64,000 nt of DNA, taken from the NCBI RefSeq assembly GCF_027921745.1, contig NC_079238.1:1612001-1676000 (forward strand). Reading direction: 5' to 3'. The DNA comes from Schizosaccharomyces osmophilus. Lineage: Eukaryota. Shown here one piece after another: positions 22,054 to 34,135 of the stretch (position 1 is its first letter; each line of letters opens with the position of its first letter). The position numbers and the translations under genes are program-made. The notes below the pieces were generated by a model. It was not told the DNA's origin. It made no database searches and saw nothing but the letters and a program-made list of their open reading frames with translations.

Positions 22054-23748
22054 ATGGGTAAGTAATTCCGTTGGACCATATAATATGAACCAGTTTTAGT
22101 ACTAACTATGGCATTAGCCTTTAATCAAGGAAACAACCAAGGAACGGGGTTTTCGTTCGGTTCTTCAGCACCAAATAATACATCGAACCAAGGAACAGGT
22201 GCGTCCTCCAATACAAACTTGTTTGGAAGCAGTTCAGGAAATACTGGAGGTTTATTTGGATCTGCTTCGAATGCCGCAAAACCAGGAGGAGGCTTTAGTT
22301 TTGGCTCCAACGCACCTGATTCTGGCAACAAGCCCAGCTTTTCTTTTGGACAACCAAAACCAGCGGAGAATGCTCCATTATTTGGAGGGTTGAACAAGCT
22401 TGCCACAGGAGCAACCGCCGGTTCTGCTCCCGCAAACGGTGTTGCAAATACCGACACAAACCAGTCTGCTCAATCTACCACTCAACCATCAGGTGGCAGT
22501 CCTTTCTCTTTCGGTGCCAAGCCTGCTGCTCCCGCAACTGGTGCTGCGACCGGTGGATTTTCGTTCGGAAGTGGTCCTAACTCTGGAGGCTTGTTTGGAC
22601 AGAAACCAGCTACTAACGCTGCTGCCGCTCCGTCTACGGCACCAGCCCAAGACAAACCTGCTGCTGGAGGATTTAGCTTTGGAAACCCTCAATCATCCTC
22701 TACTACTGCAGGAGGAGCCACTGAAAACAAACCTGCCGCTGGAGGATTTAGCTTTGGAAAACCTCAAGCTTCCTCTACTACTGCAGGTGGAGCCACTGAA
22801 AACAAAACCAGTACTGCTACGTCAGGTGGGTTCTCTTTTGGCGGTGGTGGAAGCGGCCTTGCTGGCGCTGCCAAACCTGCTGAAAGCAAACCAACATTTT
22901 CTTTTGGAGGAGGAGCTGGAAGTGGAAGTGCATTAGGTGCCTCCACTACTACACCTGCTTCCAACGAGGCTAACAAACCATCTACTGATACCACGAAACC
23001 AAGCACGGCAGCCCCTGCTCAGCCCTCCGGTGGATTCTCTTTTGGTAAGCAGGATTCTGCCACTAAACCTGCAACGACAACAACAAACACCGGCTCATTG
23101 TTTGGTTCCAAACCCGCGGAAACCATTGCTAACAAATCTGATGCTACTAAAGATGCTGCTTCAAAACCTACCGCAACCGTACCGGTGGAATCTCCACCTT
23201 CATCCATTAAGCACAAAACTTTACAGGAGATTCTTAATAAATGGTCGTCAGATCTTACTACACAAACATCTGTGTTCAACAAATTGTGTGATCAGGTCGG
23301 TGACTGGGATAAGGCTTTGGTAGATAACGGAGCGTTAATTTCAAAGTTATATGCAGAGACAGTGGATGCCGAACAGTTATCAAATCGAGTTGATGATGGA
23401 CTTGAATATGTTTCCTCTAGCCAACAAGAGCTATTTAAATTGTTAGATTCTTACGAAGCACAGCTTGAATCCTTTGATGGTCGCACTCCTACCGCACCTA
23501 ACGTAGAGCGTGAGCGTGCTTTTAATGTTGCTGATGATATTTTGGGTCGTCTCGACAGACTCGGCGAAGATCTGGGAACCGTAATTAATCAAATGAATGA
23601 CTTCTCGAAGCCTGATGATTCTATTTCCGAAATTGTCAAGGTGTTAAATGCTCAACTATCAAGTTTGGGATGGGTGGAAAATAGGATATTCCAGATGGAA
23701 GAAAAAATAGAAAGCGTTAAAAAAAGGAGTAATGATGTTTTATTTTGA
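22054..23748 (+). CDS. nsp1: FG-repeat nucleoporin Nsp1 (exons 22054-22057, 22118-23748)
   Basis: FSFG repeats plus a coiled-coil C-domain (TLQEILNKWSSDL). ATGG|GTAAGT..ACTAAC..TTAG intron, so the ORF-track start at 22108 is intronic. Confidence 0.93.
22652..22806 (+). repeat. 75-bp (25-aa) tandem duplication within nsp1
   Basis: Two copies of KPAAGGFSFG(N/K)PQ(S/A)SSTTAGGATEN; units start at 22652 and 22727 with few nucleotide differences. Confidence 0.9.
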
Positions 23749-24111
23749 TTTAAAAGATACTACAGATGTTAATTAGGGATACGTCTAATGCTACTCTCTT
23801 TGGAATCCGTGAGTCCAGTAATAAATATAGATATAAGCAAGTGTTGTTGTATGTATGCATAATTGTCATCGAATTAAATTTCTTGCTTTTGCATTTCTTT
23901 TATAAATATATATAAATATAGATGTATATATATACATATTATCTTCTTTTATTATAGTGAAAGTTCTCGCTGTTGTATCCGCTAAACTTCTCTACTAATA
24001 GTACTCTTGTAATGCTTTTGTTACGTACAGCAGAAGAACGAAGCTACAGCCAAACCTCCTCCTCTCTTCACTAACGTTAGGAAAACTATAAGCAGCCTTT
24101 TAACTTTGAAA

Positions 24112-24432
24112 ATGGTATGTTAGTTTTTTTTAATAAACTAACCATAGCCCGTTCTTTCTCGTTTGTTCCACTACAGTGTTGATTTAGCGCTACTTTCTAC
24201 CTGCATTGCAGGAATTCGTCGTTCTTCTGGTGTCTCGTAAGTTTAACTTTCTTTTAATACCTAAATTTGTTTTGTAGAAATCAAACTAATGCATGGAATC
24301 AGATTTGACATGGAGAAAGTTCATAACGAAGATGTGAAGCTCGCCGTTGAAAAGTATCTTGGACTTGGCGAATGGGCGTTTGATCAGTCCAGTACATTTC
24401 TATCTTCTACAAATTGGTTCAAAAAGTTGTAA
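24112..24432 (+). CDS. Small DUF1748-family fungal protein (~73 aa; exons 24112-24114, 24148-24236, 24303-24432)
   Basis: Spliced [60 protein letters not shown]...WFKKL with canonical introns; absent from the ORF track. Confidence 0.85.
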
Positions 24433-26039
24433 AAGATCGCTTTCCCAAACCTAGATTTCCTCTGAACGGTATATACTTTGGAGAGTCTGGTTTGCTTTTA
24501 CCGTCAGTATAATTTTGGAGCACACCTTTTTCTGCAATCGCTTGCTCGGTAGTAGTTTATATAATAGCTTTTATGTTTCGTTGCTCTCTTAATTGGCGTG
24601 TTAGTTCCTTTGACGAACGGGCCCTCCTTTGTCAGATTTGCAGTGCCATAATTATATTCGGAAAGCCATTTTCTTTTGTCTAAATTATATGTCTAAATTA
24701 TCAATACCCATGTTTTTTTTTCAGAGACATATCTGACATCGTATGTCTCAGTTTCATCAAGAGGACATGCCGATTTCTTGTTGTATTTAAAGTTTCAGAG
24801 ATCAGTAGGATTGCACTTAAGTGCCTGTCGCATTTAATATCCTTTTACGTTTGTTAATCTAAAGTAAAAGTCGTTGAGAAATGATCGTATAGTTCCCAAA
24901 GGTAAGCTGTTGTTATCCATCATTGAAAAACCCCAACACCTAATGTATATATTTTCATCTTCTTTTCATCTTGCGTAATCCTTATTTTACATATCTTAAT
25001 TTGCTTACTTGTTAATCTTTTGCATGATGTCCTTATTGTGAATTGCAATAGGACCTTCAGGGCATACATGCAATGAAATTAGTTCACGGACAAATCTACA
25101 AAATTACAAGGTTGTTTTCGTTTATTATGCTAACTCAAAACAATGGACGTTGGTTTCCTAGAATCCGAAGAATCACCTAAATTACTTTTGTGAGAATAAC
25201 TAAAGGAAAACGAAGTATATTCCACATGACGACCTAGCTAGGTATCTTTTTCCGTGCTCATAATATTCCATTGCAAAAGTGTAACTGAAGAGTGTTTGGA
25301 AAGATACTTCCAATGAAGTTTAAATTACAAACTTGTGAACTTTTCGCCCATATATTTTCATATAGGCTAATCCGTCGCAGACGCAAATAATTTCTATAAA
25401 TTTAACAGTCCTTTCTTTGCCAGAGAGACTTTCGATGAGTGTTAAGAAGGGATTTGCGACTCGTTTTTTTGTTTCATTTCTAGGGTTGCCTCAATTTTGT
25501 TTCCTCACTTACTTGATCCATCGTGATTGGTATTGTATATAAAGGATGCCGTACAATCAGTATTTGTCTCCAAACAATTTCCTTCGGAAAATAAATTGAA
25601 AGCCGTCCTTACAAAAGTTTGACTCTTTGCTTTTCTCGCATCGTAATCATTCCATTAAGAGGAGAGGAGAAGACTGAAATTCAAAGTCATTTTTTTCCAA
25701 CCATTTTTTAATGAATATTATATTGCAAAGAGTACGTGAATGCACAGAAATCTCAAGATCATTTCATACTTTGTACTTCCAATTGTTTTGTTTACTAGTG
25801 AAGGAAATTTATTCCTCGATATACGCAATAATAATAAAGTAGCAAAGCACTCGGATTTATATCTTTATATACTTTTTTGTGTTATAAATAGTTAAAATTG
25901 AAGCTCTTAGAGAATGAGTAACTGTACTGCCTTTTAGGTATCTGTCAATTACCACACAAACGATTTGATAAATAGAATCGGATTGATTTAGGTTGAAAGA
26001 AGGAAGTAGAGTCACTCTCCTTCAAAATTTTTGGTTAGA

Positions 26040-29009
26040 ATGGGTGTTCCAGCACTTTTTCGACTATTGTCGAGAAAATTTCATAAAGTTATTACGCCCG
26101 TAGTCGAGGCACCAACACAAACACTTCCGGATGGAACAGAAATTGGACCAGATCTGAGTCTCCCAAATCCAAATGGTGAAGAATGCGATAATCTGTACCT
26201 GGACATGAACGGTATCGTCCATCCTTGTTCGCATCCTGAAGACCGACCGGCACCTGAGACTGAGGATGAGATGATGATTGCCGTTTTTGAGTATACCGAT
26301 CGCATTATGGCAATGGTTCGTCCGAGAAAGTTACTTTACATTGCCATCGATGGTGTAGCCCCTCGTGCAAAAATGAATCAGCAACGGTCACGTCGATTTC
26401 GATCCTCTCGTGAAGCCGCTCAAAAAGAAGCCGAACTTGAGGTTTGTATTGAAGAAGCAAAAAAACAGGGAATTCCTGTTGACGAAGAGGCGATGAAGAA
26501 AAAAGCCTGGGATAGCAATTGCATTACACCAGGAACGCCATTTATGGATACATTAGCTAAATCATTAAAATATTACATTATTAATAAGCTGAATACCGAT
26601 CCTTGCTGGAGAAACACTCGTTTTATTTTGTCAGACGCATCTGTGCCAGGTGAAGGTGAACACAAAATTATGGAATTTATCCGTTCCCAACGGGTGAAAC
26701 CAGAATACGACCCTAATACTCGTCACGTAGTATATGGATTGGATGCTGATTTGATTATGCTCGGTTTGGCGACTCATGAACCACATTTTCGCGTACTACG
26801 AGAAGATGTATTTTTCCAACAGGGCAGTACCAGAAAATCGAAGGAGGAGCGATTAGGCTTGAAGCGTTTAGACGAAACATCAGAAACGAACAAGGTTCCT
26901 GTGAAGAAACCATTCATTTGGCTACATGTTAGTGTTCTACGGGAATATTTGGAAGTTGAGCTCTATGTTCCTAATTTGCCTTTCCCGTTCGATCTTGAAC
27001 GAGCCATTGATGACTGGGTATTTTTCATTTTCTTCGTGGGTAACGACTTTCTTCCTCATCTTCCAAGTTTGGATATCCGTGACGGTGCAGTAGAACGCCT
27101 GACTGAAATTTGGCGTACTTGCCTTCCACATATGGGAGGTTATTTAACCTTGGATGGATCTGTCAATTTAACTCGAGCTGAGATGATTTTGACTGCCGTT
27201 GGCGATCAAGAAGACGACATTTTTAAACGTCTCAAGCAGCAAGAAGACCGTCGAAATGAAAACCAGAAGCGTAGAGCACAAAGAGAAAGCAACCAGAATG
27301 ATTCTTCTTATTTGGATGATACAATTATACAGCGCTCAGCAAAGGTTGAATCATCCCAAGTAACTGTTGCTCCTTCTGTTGACACAAGCACAGAAAACGA
27401 TACACGGCCTAATAAAGCACGTAAAATTGATGCCTCGGCTCCTGAAAATTTGGTGAATTTGTCTGAAAGGACCTCCAATAGATCTTTAAGTGCAACAAAT
27501 AAAGATCTCATTAACAATCGTGCTGCTAATCGTCTTGGCCTTTCCAACGAAGCTGCGACTACCTCCTCTATCAATAAAATTGCTGCCGCAAATTTAAAAT
27601 CTCAAATGGTTTCAAACGAAAGCCTTCGTGCTGTGCCTATAGAGGAAGTGGTTTCGTCTCCTACCCCTAGTGCAACGGATGATATAGCAAGCTCCGACCC
27701 TAGTGGTTTAGCAACTCCTATTGAGCCAGCACCCGTTTCAGCTGGTATGAAGCGAAAAGCCGAAGATAATGCTGGCGAGGAAACCTCTACAGATACAGTT
27801 CGCTTACATGAGTCTGGATATCGAGAGCGTTATTATGAGCAAAAATTTGGGTTTTCTGTGAACGATACCGATCAGTTAGGTGAAACAGTCCGTCATTATG
27901 TTCATGGATTATGCTGGGTTTTATTGTATTATTATCAAGGATGTCCTTCATGGACTTGGTATTATCCATATCATTATGCGCCCTTTGCTGCTGATTTTAA
28001 AAATTTATCTTCTATTGACGTGAAATTTGATGTGAATCAACCTTTCAGACCTTATGAACAATTATTGGGTGTACTTCCCGCTGCGAGTAGAAACAATTTG
28101 CCAGAGAAGCTACAGCCTTTGATGACAGAAGCTGATTCGGAGATTATCGATTTTTATCCAGAGGACTTTGTCATAGATTTGAATGGTAAAAAGTTTGAAT
28201 GGCAGGGTGTTGCATTGCTCCCGTTTATTGATGAACATCGATTGTTATCTGCAGTTTCCAGGATTTATCCTTCGCTTAGTGAAGATGAAGCCAGGAGAAA
28301 CACGAATGGATCTTCATTGCTGTTTGTTTCGGAACATCATCCGATGTACCCAGAAGTTGTAAAACAACTATACTCAAAGAAGAAACAAGGGAAGCCTTTG
28401 AAGTTATCCGGCAAAGTGGGACATGGCATTTTTGGCAAGGTAAGCAATGATGATTCCATCTTGCCAAATGTTTCAATACAATGTCCAGTGGACGTTACTA
28501 CCGCTGACGCACTTCAAAAATATGGCAACATTGAAAACAATCAAAGTTTAAGCTTGCAGTATGAAGTTCCAAAGTCAAATTTTGTTCATAAGTCCATGCT
28601 TCTTCGCGGTGTCAAAATGCCCTCTAGGGTATTGACCCCAGAAGATGTTAGTGTTGTACGTGCGGAACGAAGCAATGCTGGACGCCGAAACAATGGCTCT
28701 TTCCGAGGAGGTGGCGTTCGAAGAGGAGGGTTTCAAGGTCATGGTGCTCAGCGCTCGTCTTATCAGTCACAAAACAATAGCTACAACCAGCAAACATATA
28801 CCGGTGTTACCAATGGATTTGCCCAAACAGGTACTCAACCACCATGGAACAACTCAGGTAGCTTTCCAAGATCCGCGAATGCATATAGTGCAAGGGGTGG
28901 ATATGGACAATCGGGCTATTCATATGGCAATTCAAATAATCGTGGTAATCCTTACAGCTATGGACACCCTCCAGCTACGGGTTACAATGGAAAGGGCGCT
29001 CCTCGATGA
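26040..29009 (+). CDS. dhp1: Nuclear 5'-3' exoribonuclease Dhp1 (Rat1/Xrn2)
   Basis: MGVPALFR, DNLYLDMNGIVHPC, DGVAPRAKMNQQRSRRF, PGEGEHKI, GNDFLPH. Confidence 0.96.
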   Translation: MGVPALFRLLSRKFHKVITPVVEAPTQTLPDGTEIGPDLSLPNPNGEECDNLYLDMNGIVHPCSHPEDRPAPETEDEMMIAVFEYTDRIMAMVRPRKLLYIAIDGVAPRAKMNQQRSRRFRSSREAAQKEAELEVCIEEAKKQGIPVDEEAMKKKAWDSNCITPGTPFMDTLAKSLKYYIINKLNTDPCWRNTRFILSDASVPGEGEHKIMEFIRSQRVKPEYDPNTRHVVYGLDADLIMLGLATHEPHFRVLREDVFFQQGSTRKSKEERLGLKRLDETSETNKVPVKKPFIWLHVSVLREYLEVELYVPNLPFPFDLERAIDDWVFFIFFVGNDFLPHLPSLDIRDGAVERLTEIWRTCLPHMGGYLTLDGSVNLTRAEMILTAVGDQEDDIFKRLKQQEDRRNENQKRRAQRESNQNDSSYLDDTIIQRSAKVESSQVTVAPSVDTSTENDTRPNKARKIDASAPENLVNLSERTSNRSLSATNKDLINNRAANRLGLSNEAATTSSINKIAAANLKSQMVSNESLRAVPIEEVVSSPTPSATDDIASSDPSGLATPIEPAPVSAGMKRKAEDNAGEETSTDTVRLHESGYRERYYEQKFGFSVNDTDQLGETVRHYVHGLCWVLLYYYQGCPSWTWYYPYHYAPFAADFKNLSSIDVKFDVNQPFRPYEQLLGVLPAASRNNLPEKLQPLMTEADSEIIDFYPEDFVIDLNGKKFEWQGVALLPFIDEHRLLSAVSRIYPSLSEDEARRNTNGSSLLFVSEHHPMYPEVVKQLYSKKKQGKPLKLSGKVGHGIFGKVSNDDSILPNVSIQCPVDVTTADALQKYGNIENNQSLSLQYEVPKSNFVHKSMLLRGVKMPSRVLTPEDVSVVRAERSNAGRRNNGSFRGGGVRRGGFQGHGAQRSSYQSQNNSYNQQTYTGVTNGFAQTGTQPPWNNSGSFPRSANAYSARGGYGQSGYSYGNSNNRGNPYSYGHPPATGYNGKGAPR

Positions 29010-29158
29010 TTTTATCGGTCATTGAGCTAAAACTATTAATGACATGAAAAGGTTTTGTAAGGGTATTTTGGACTTTTAAAATTACTTTACCCCTGGATTC
29101 ATACAAAGACATATAGTTAATTTAATTAATTAATTTGATATCAAATTACAACAAAAAT

Positions 29159-30127
29159 CTAATTTTCATTAAGCTTTAAAGGCTTTGTTTCAGAGTAGAC
29201 ATCAAAACGGCGTTGGGTGTACAAAGAGATGCTTTTACGGACTGAAGCCATATGCTCTGGGTCAATATCGGCGTACACAATACCGGGTTTTTCATCCATG
29301 GTTGACATTACAACGCCATCAGGTCCAACAACAGTAGAGTGCCCCCAGGCATGATAACTGGCAGATACATCACGAGCTGGAGAGCAAGAAGCGACATATA
29401 TTTGATTGTCAACAGCACGAGCTCGCGCAAGAAGCTCCCAGTGTAAGGGGCCTGTGGTAAGATTAAAAGCGCCCGGGTATATCATCATAGAGCAACCATT
29501 CCTAGCAGCAATCGTAGCCAATTCAGGAAAGCGGATGTCGTAGCAGATTCCTAACCCGATTTTGCCAAATTCGGTTTCAACAATCGTCATAGAATTACCA
29601 GAATTCAATGATTCAGACTCGCGGAATGTCATCTTGCCAGGGAAATCCACATCAAATAAGTGAATCTTACGATGAATACCAATCAAGTTGCCATATGGGT
29701 TAAAGATCATGGAAGTGTTGTAAAGTTTTCCATCCTTTCGTTCAGGAATGGATCCCCCAAACACATAGATTTTCAATTCTTTAGCAACGGAATGCAGTGC
29801 TTTGTAAGTTGGAGAGGTCTCTTCAATCGTCTCAGCATATTCGTTGAAATATTGATTACCATAAGGAGAATTGAAGCATTCAGGCAAGACGACCATTTTT
29901 GAGCCGTTTTGTACAGCCTTAGAGATTTGAGAGCATGTGTTTTTCAGGGTTTCATCTTTGTTGGCAGTTGAAGCAAGCTGGACGAGTCCAATTCGAAAAG
30001 GACGAAAGTCTTTTGGAACAAGAGAAGCGTTAAAATGGTTCATTCTACAGAAAGAAGATTTTGATAACGGAAATGGATTAAACTTTCGAATACCCTGCCA
30101 AAAGGAAGTAGTAACGTTGTTATACAT
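29159..30127 (-). CDS. Nitrilase-superfamily omega-amidase (NIT2/Nit3 type)
   Basis: Catalytic triad contexts LPECFNSPY, HRKIHLFD and GICYDIRFPE; TTGPLHWELLARARAVDNQ. Confidence 0.92.
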   Translation of the reverse strand: MYNNVTTSFWQGIRKFNPFPLSKSSFCRMNHFNASLVPKDFRPFRIGLVQLASTANKDETLKNTCSQISKAVQNGSKMVVLPECFNSPYGNQYFNEYAETIEETSPTYKALHSVAKELKIYVFGGSIPERKDGKLYNTSMIFNPYGNLIGIHRKIHLFDVDFPGKMTFRESESLNSGNSMTIVETEFGKIGLGICYDIRFPELATIAARNGCSMMIYPGAFNLTTGPLHWELLARARAVDNQIYVASCSPARDVSASYHAWGHSTVVGPDGVVMSTMDEKPGIVYADIDPEHMASVRKSISLYTQRRFDVYSETKPLKLNEN

Positions 30128-30909
30128 ATGTAAGTGGGAATTTGCTTCACGATGATTGATAAGATTACAGCGGTATTATTGTATGTAGTGAATATATTAG
30201 GAAGAAGAGGATTGGTACTACAAGAAGGTCAATTCTTTTTATATTCTGTTTTTACTATTTATTCTTCTTTAAAGTTTGTTTAAGTCTTAGAAGACAAGTT
30301 CATCGATTTTTAAAAAGAAAGAAAAGGCACAGTCAGATTAGTTATTATTGATAGGGAAATTAGCACCAAAATGAATGTCCAAAGAAATAAGTATTTCGTC
30401 AAAAGAAGAGAAGGCCCATAATAAATAGGTTACACAGTTGGATAAAGAGACATAGTTAAGGTCCCTGAGAAGTAAATAAAAAGAAAAAAAAAGAGCGTAT
30501 TTTTATCAGATTTTAGATTTCTGTAAAATAACTGATCATATCAAACAGACGAGATGGCATTGACAACTTAAACCAAAGGTGTATCAGAAATAAAAGGGCA
30601 AGCATAATAGACAAGGCGTAAATTCGCTTTAGATTGCCGTTTACATCACATTTTTCTTTAATAAAAATGAGAGTAAAAGCGGTTACGCATTAAAAGTAGT
30701 AGAATTTTGGAATCAAGCATGAGATGTTTTTTTGTTTGTTTTTGTTTTTTTGTTTGGAAAATATCATGAATCAATTTGGAGTCCCCGACTCCTATTGAAA
30801 TGAGTGAGTGAGTGAGAAATAACAGTTGGAAAAACGCAGTAAATTGGCTTCCTTCATCATTATACCACTGAAGAAGCATAATTTTTTTAGCCAAGATACC
30901 AGTGTTTCC

Positions 30910-33888
30910 TCATTCCTTAGAATTTGTCTCTCGGTATTTGACAAATTGCCTTTGCTGTAATAATGATTCCATGTCTTTACATGCAAACTTGGATATTTCC
31001 TCAGACGTAGGCAGTAATAATCCGTTCAAAAGCATCAGCTCCAAATAGTGTAAGCGGCTCGTGTCTTGAGTTACTTCTTTAAGAAAATCAATTCCCTGCT
31101 CTTTGAAGTTTGGTCGAGCAGCAAGTGCTAACAAAACCTTTTCTGTCTCATTCATCCTTAGACCCTCCATGAGACATTGTCCTGTGTCTACCGATGACAG
31201 ATCCATAAAAGCATGTTCAACGTACTTTCTTTTAGCAAACATACTTTTCACCTCCGTATCGCTATCAGGGAAAGGCTTGCCTGAGAATGAATTTACTCTT
31301 GCTTCATAGACACGGTTTACAGCTGAATTCCCTACCCGAGACAATAGAAGCTTAAGCTGTTGCGAAAGAGAGTCAAATAAAAGGGAACGTGTCTTTGAAA
31401 TGTGACAACCAAGCGAACGATGAACTCCGCTACATTCAATGCACAATATTACTGGAATGTTGATAGAACACCATGTCACGTCTTTAGTAGAACCACAATC
31501 AGCACAAATAGAATTCTCTGGATCGATTCTTTCCAACATTTGGATGAAAATGTTTGCACTTGCGTGATATTTTTCTAAATCCTCAATAGTTTTTGTATTT
31601 GTACTCGCACTTCGAAAAAGTTGGGGAAAATTCCAAGAGCCTTTTCGGGTGAATGCCTTCCTTATTCCTGAACCACTGATTTTGCGAGTCAAGCGAACGC
31701 GCTCTACAGGCAAAGTTGAAAACTCCTTAGAAATGGACGGTTCCTCAGAAAATCTGAAAGAGTCATCCAAAGAAGATTGCTTACTTAAGGATATTATGGA
31801 ATCATTAATGGAACTAATCCAACTATCCAAATCAGTTTCAGAAGTCGCTTGATATAAGCGCTTTGTTTTTGGAGATACCAGTTCTAAACAATATTTCCTA
31901 GGCTGTTTTCTTAATTTTTTTACAGAGGCATTTCGTAGTGAAATCGAATACACACTGATCTTTTCGGAATCTTTCCAATTTGCATACTCCAGTACATGAC
32001 CATCCTTGACGGCAACCCAGTATTTATGCCAGGCTGCTTTACTGTGGGCTGCTAATTCGGCTCCCAATTCAGAGGCAGTAAAGACAAACAAAAGTCCTTC
32101 CTTGTATATTAAACCTGGGTTGTTAGCATTTGATGTAGGAGTAATGACTTTTTGAGAATCTCCAGACGAAGAAGAATGTGATGGGCTGTATGCAGTAAAA
32201 TCTGAGTTGTCTGACACATCAGAGGAAGGTGAGATTGGGGAAGCAAACATAGACTTTGGTCGGACTTTTTTCATCATCAAAGCCGACCGTTGCTTCCTCT
32301 GGCATTTTTCTTTATATGCAAGATCCCATTTGCAAGCTTCTAATTTCGACATTTGTTGTTGTAGTTGAGGTGTTAAAACTTTAAACGATTCTATATAGTC
32401 GGATAACCTGTCGAACCGTCGACTCACAAATTTTAAAAAAACTTCATTTATTTCACTCATAGTAGCGCCACTTTGAAGATCTTGCATAAAACAATAATAT
32501 TCATAACGTTGTAGGGTGAAGCGTTTCTCTTTTGCATAGAAGACAGATTCAGATAACTTTGAATCTTTACGAGAAGACATAAAGCGAGACAGCAAAGTGT
32601 AATAACTCTTACTTTGTTCTTCGAATTCAACTCTCTTATCGTCAACGAGCTTAATAGACGTTGAATATATTTTATGTAAAGGATCATGTAAATAATTCAT
32701 AAAGTCAGCTTTCATGTGTCGCAGGACGATAACCTCAAGCTCAAATGAGCGCAGCAAAAACTCATTTAGAATCTGTTGTGAAGCTATTGTAGTATGGGAA
32801 GATGCTTCGTTTAGAGCGGCCGATAATCGTTTAAAAGCATACTCGGATTCTTCAAAAGCAGAACTGGCCTGCGTGACTCGTTTCATTACTTTTTTATAAT
32901 ACAACTTCATGGAAGATGACTTCTGTTCTAATTCATGTAAAACAAATCGAAAAAGGGGATTGTCTTCATAGGTCTCAGGATATAAAGTTGTTTTCGAACT
33001 GTAGACAGCTGTTTTAGGGAAAGATTTAGGACTTTGAGGCAACCCATTTTCAGCAGTTTGGGACAATACTTTTGTAGGAGAATCAAATGAAATAGGAGTA
33101 TCTTCAAAGTCTTGTAATGGGGCCGATTTTACGTGATGGAAAAACTTGTTTATAGGAACTAAACATTCGGTCTCAAACGAATAAATAGCTAAGCAGGAAT
33201 AATTAACGTAACCATCCTCCAAGGAGCCGCGAATAGCAGGTTTCCAGTCCCAAGTAAAATTATAATCATCATCTTTTGTCTCGAATGACGTTGTCACTTC
33301 AGAGACGTTTTGTTGAAGACATAGCTCATCATACGAAATTACTTGAGTAAGAAAACTATTCAAGGACGCGATAGATTCACAGTTAAGGACAAAAAACCTT
33401 TTGTTTTCTTGCTTTAAATTAGCAACCTTCGGATTGAAATAGAGTCGGAAAATGGGAGAGGTTTGGCATTCAAGCTGTAAAAGAAACAGCTTGGTCAAAG
33501 TGTCCTATGTATCGTTAGTACTCATTTGTACTTTCTTGCAATGTAACAAGGGAATATTCGGAAGCAACAAAAGAATGATATCTTCAACATCCGTCGTGTG
33601 TATAAAAGAAGCTTACTGGAGTAAGCATTGTCTAGCAATAGCCTTTTATAATGAATGAAAAATGAAACACATCCTTTCTTTCTTTTCCCTAAAAGCATAC
33701 ATATGTCATATCGAATAGCCTTCGCTTGCTATGTGAAGCAGGCATCAGCATTCCATTGTTTTCAGGAATTAAAGATAGTACAGATCCATCATTAGTATTA
33801 AAGATATCAATGGATGTTAAATAGGCTAATGTAAGTATGTTAACAAAGGTAAAGACTTAAGTTGAGACATACTATCATTTCCATTCAT
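30910..33888 (-). CDS. cnt6: Centaurin-type ArfGAP (BAR-PH-ArfGAP); short 5' exons, exact boundaries uncertain
   Basis: EDNPLFR BAR start, PH domain (YKEGLL..WHKYWVAV..LYQATSE..SWI) and zinc finger CADC..WCSIN..LCIECSGVHRSLG. Upstream exons from ATG 33888 inferred from splice signals. Confidence 0.85.
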
Positions 33889-34135
33889 AACCGTAAATTA
33901 AAAACGGGGTGATGGAAAGAGTAGTTAGAAAATATGACTTTCACAATTGTTTAGAAATTTAGAAAATGCAAATTAATGCTTGAGTTTGAAGCTGACCGAG
34001 AGACATGTATATGGGGATGGTAAGTTAATGCTACCCAAGATATTACCACACCCTTTCATTATTTAAGCCTACCTCTAGGAAAGCTGTCAAAGAAGTGATT
34101 TGTATGGAAAAGTTTAGGATAAATGTTTAAAAAGA

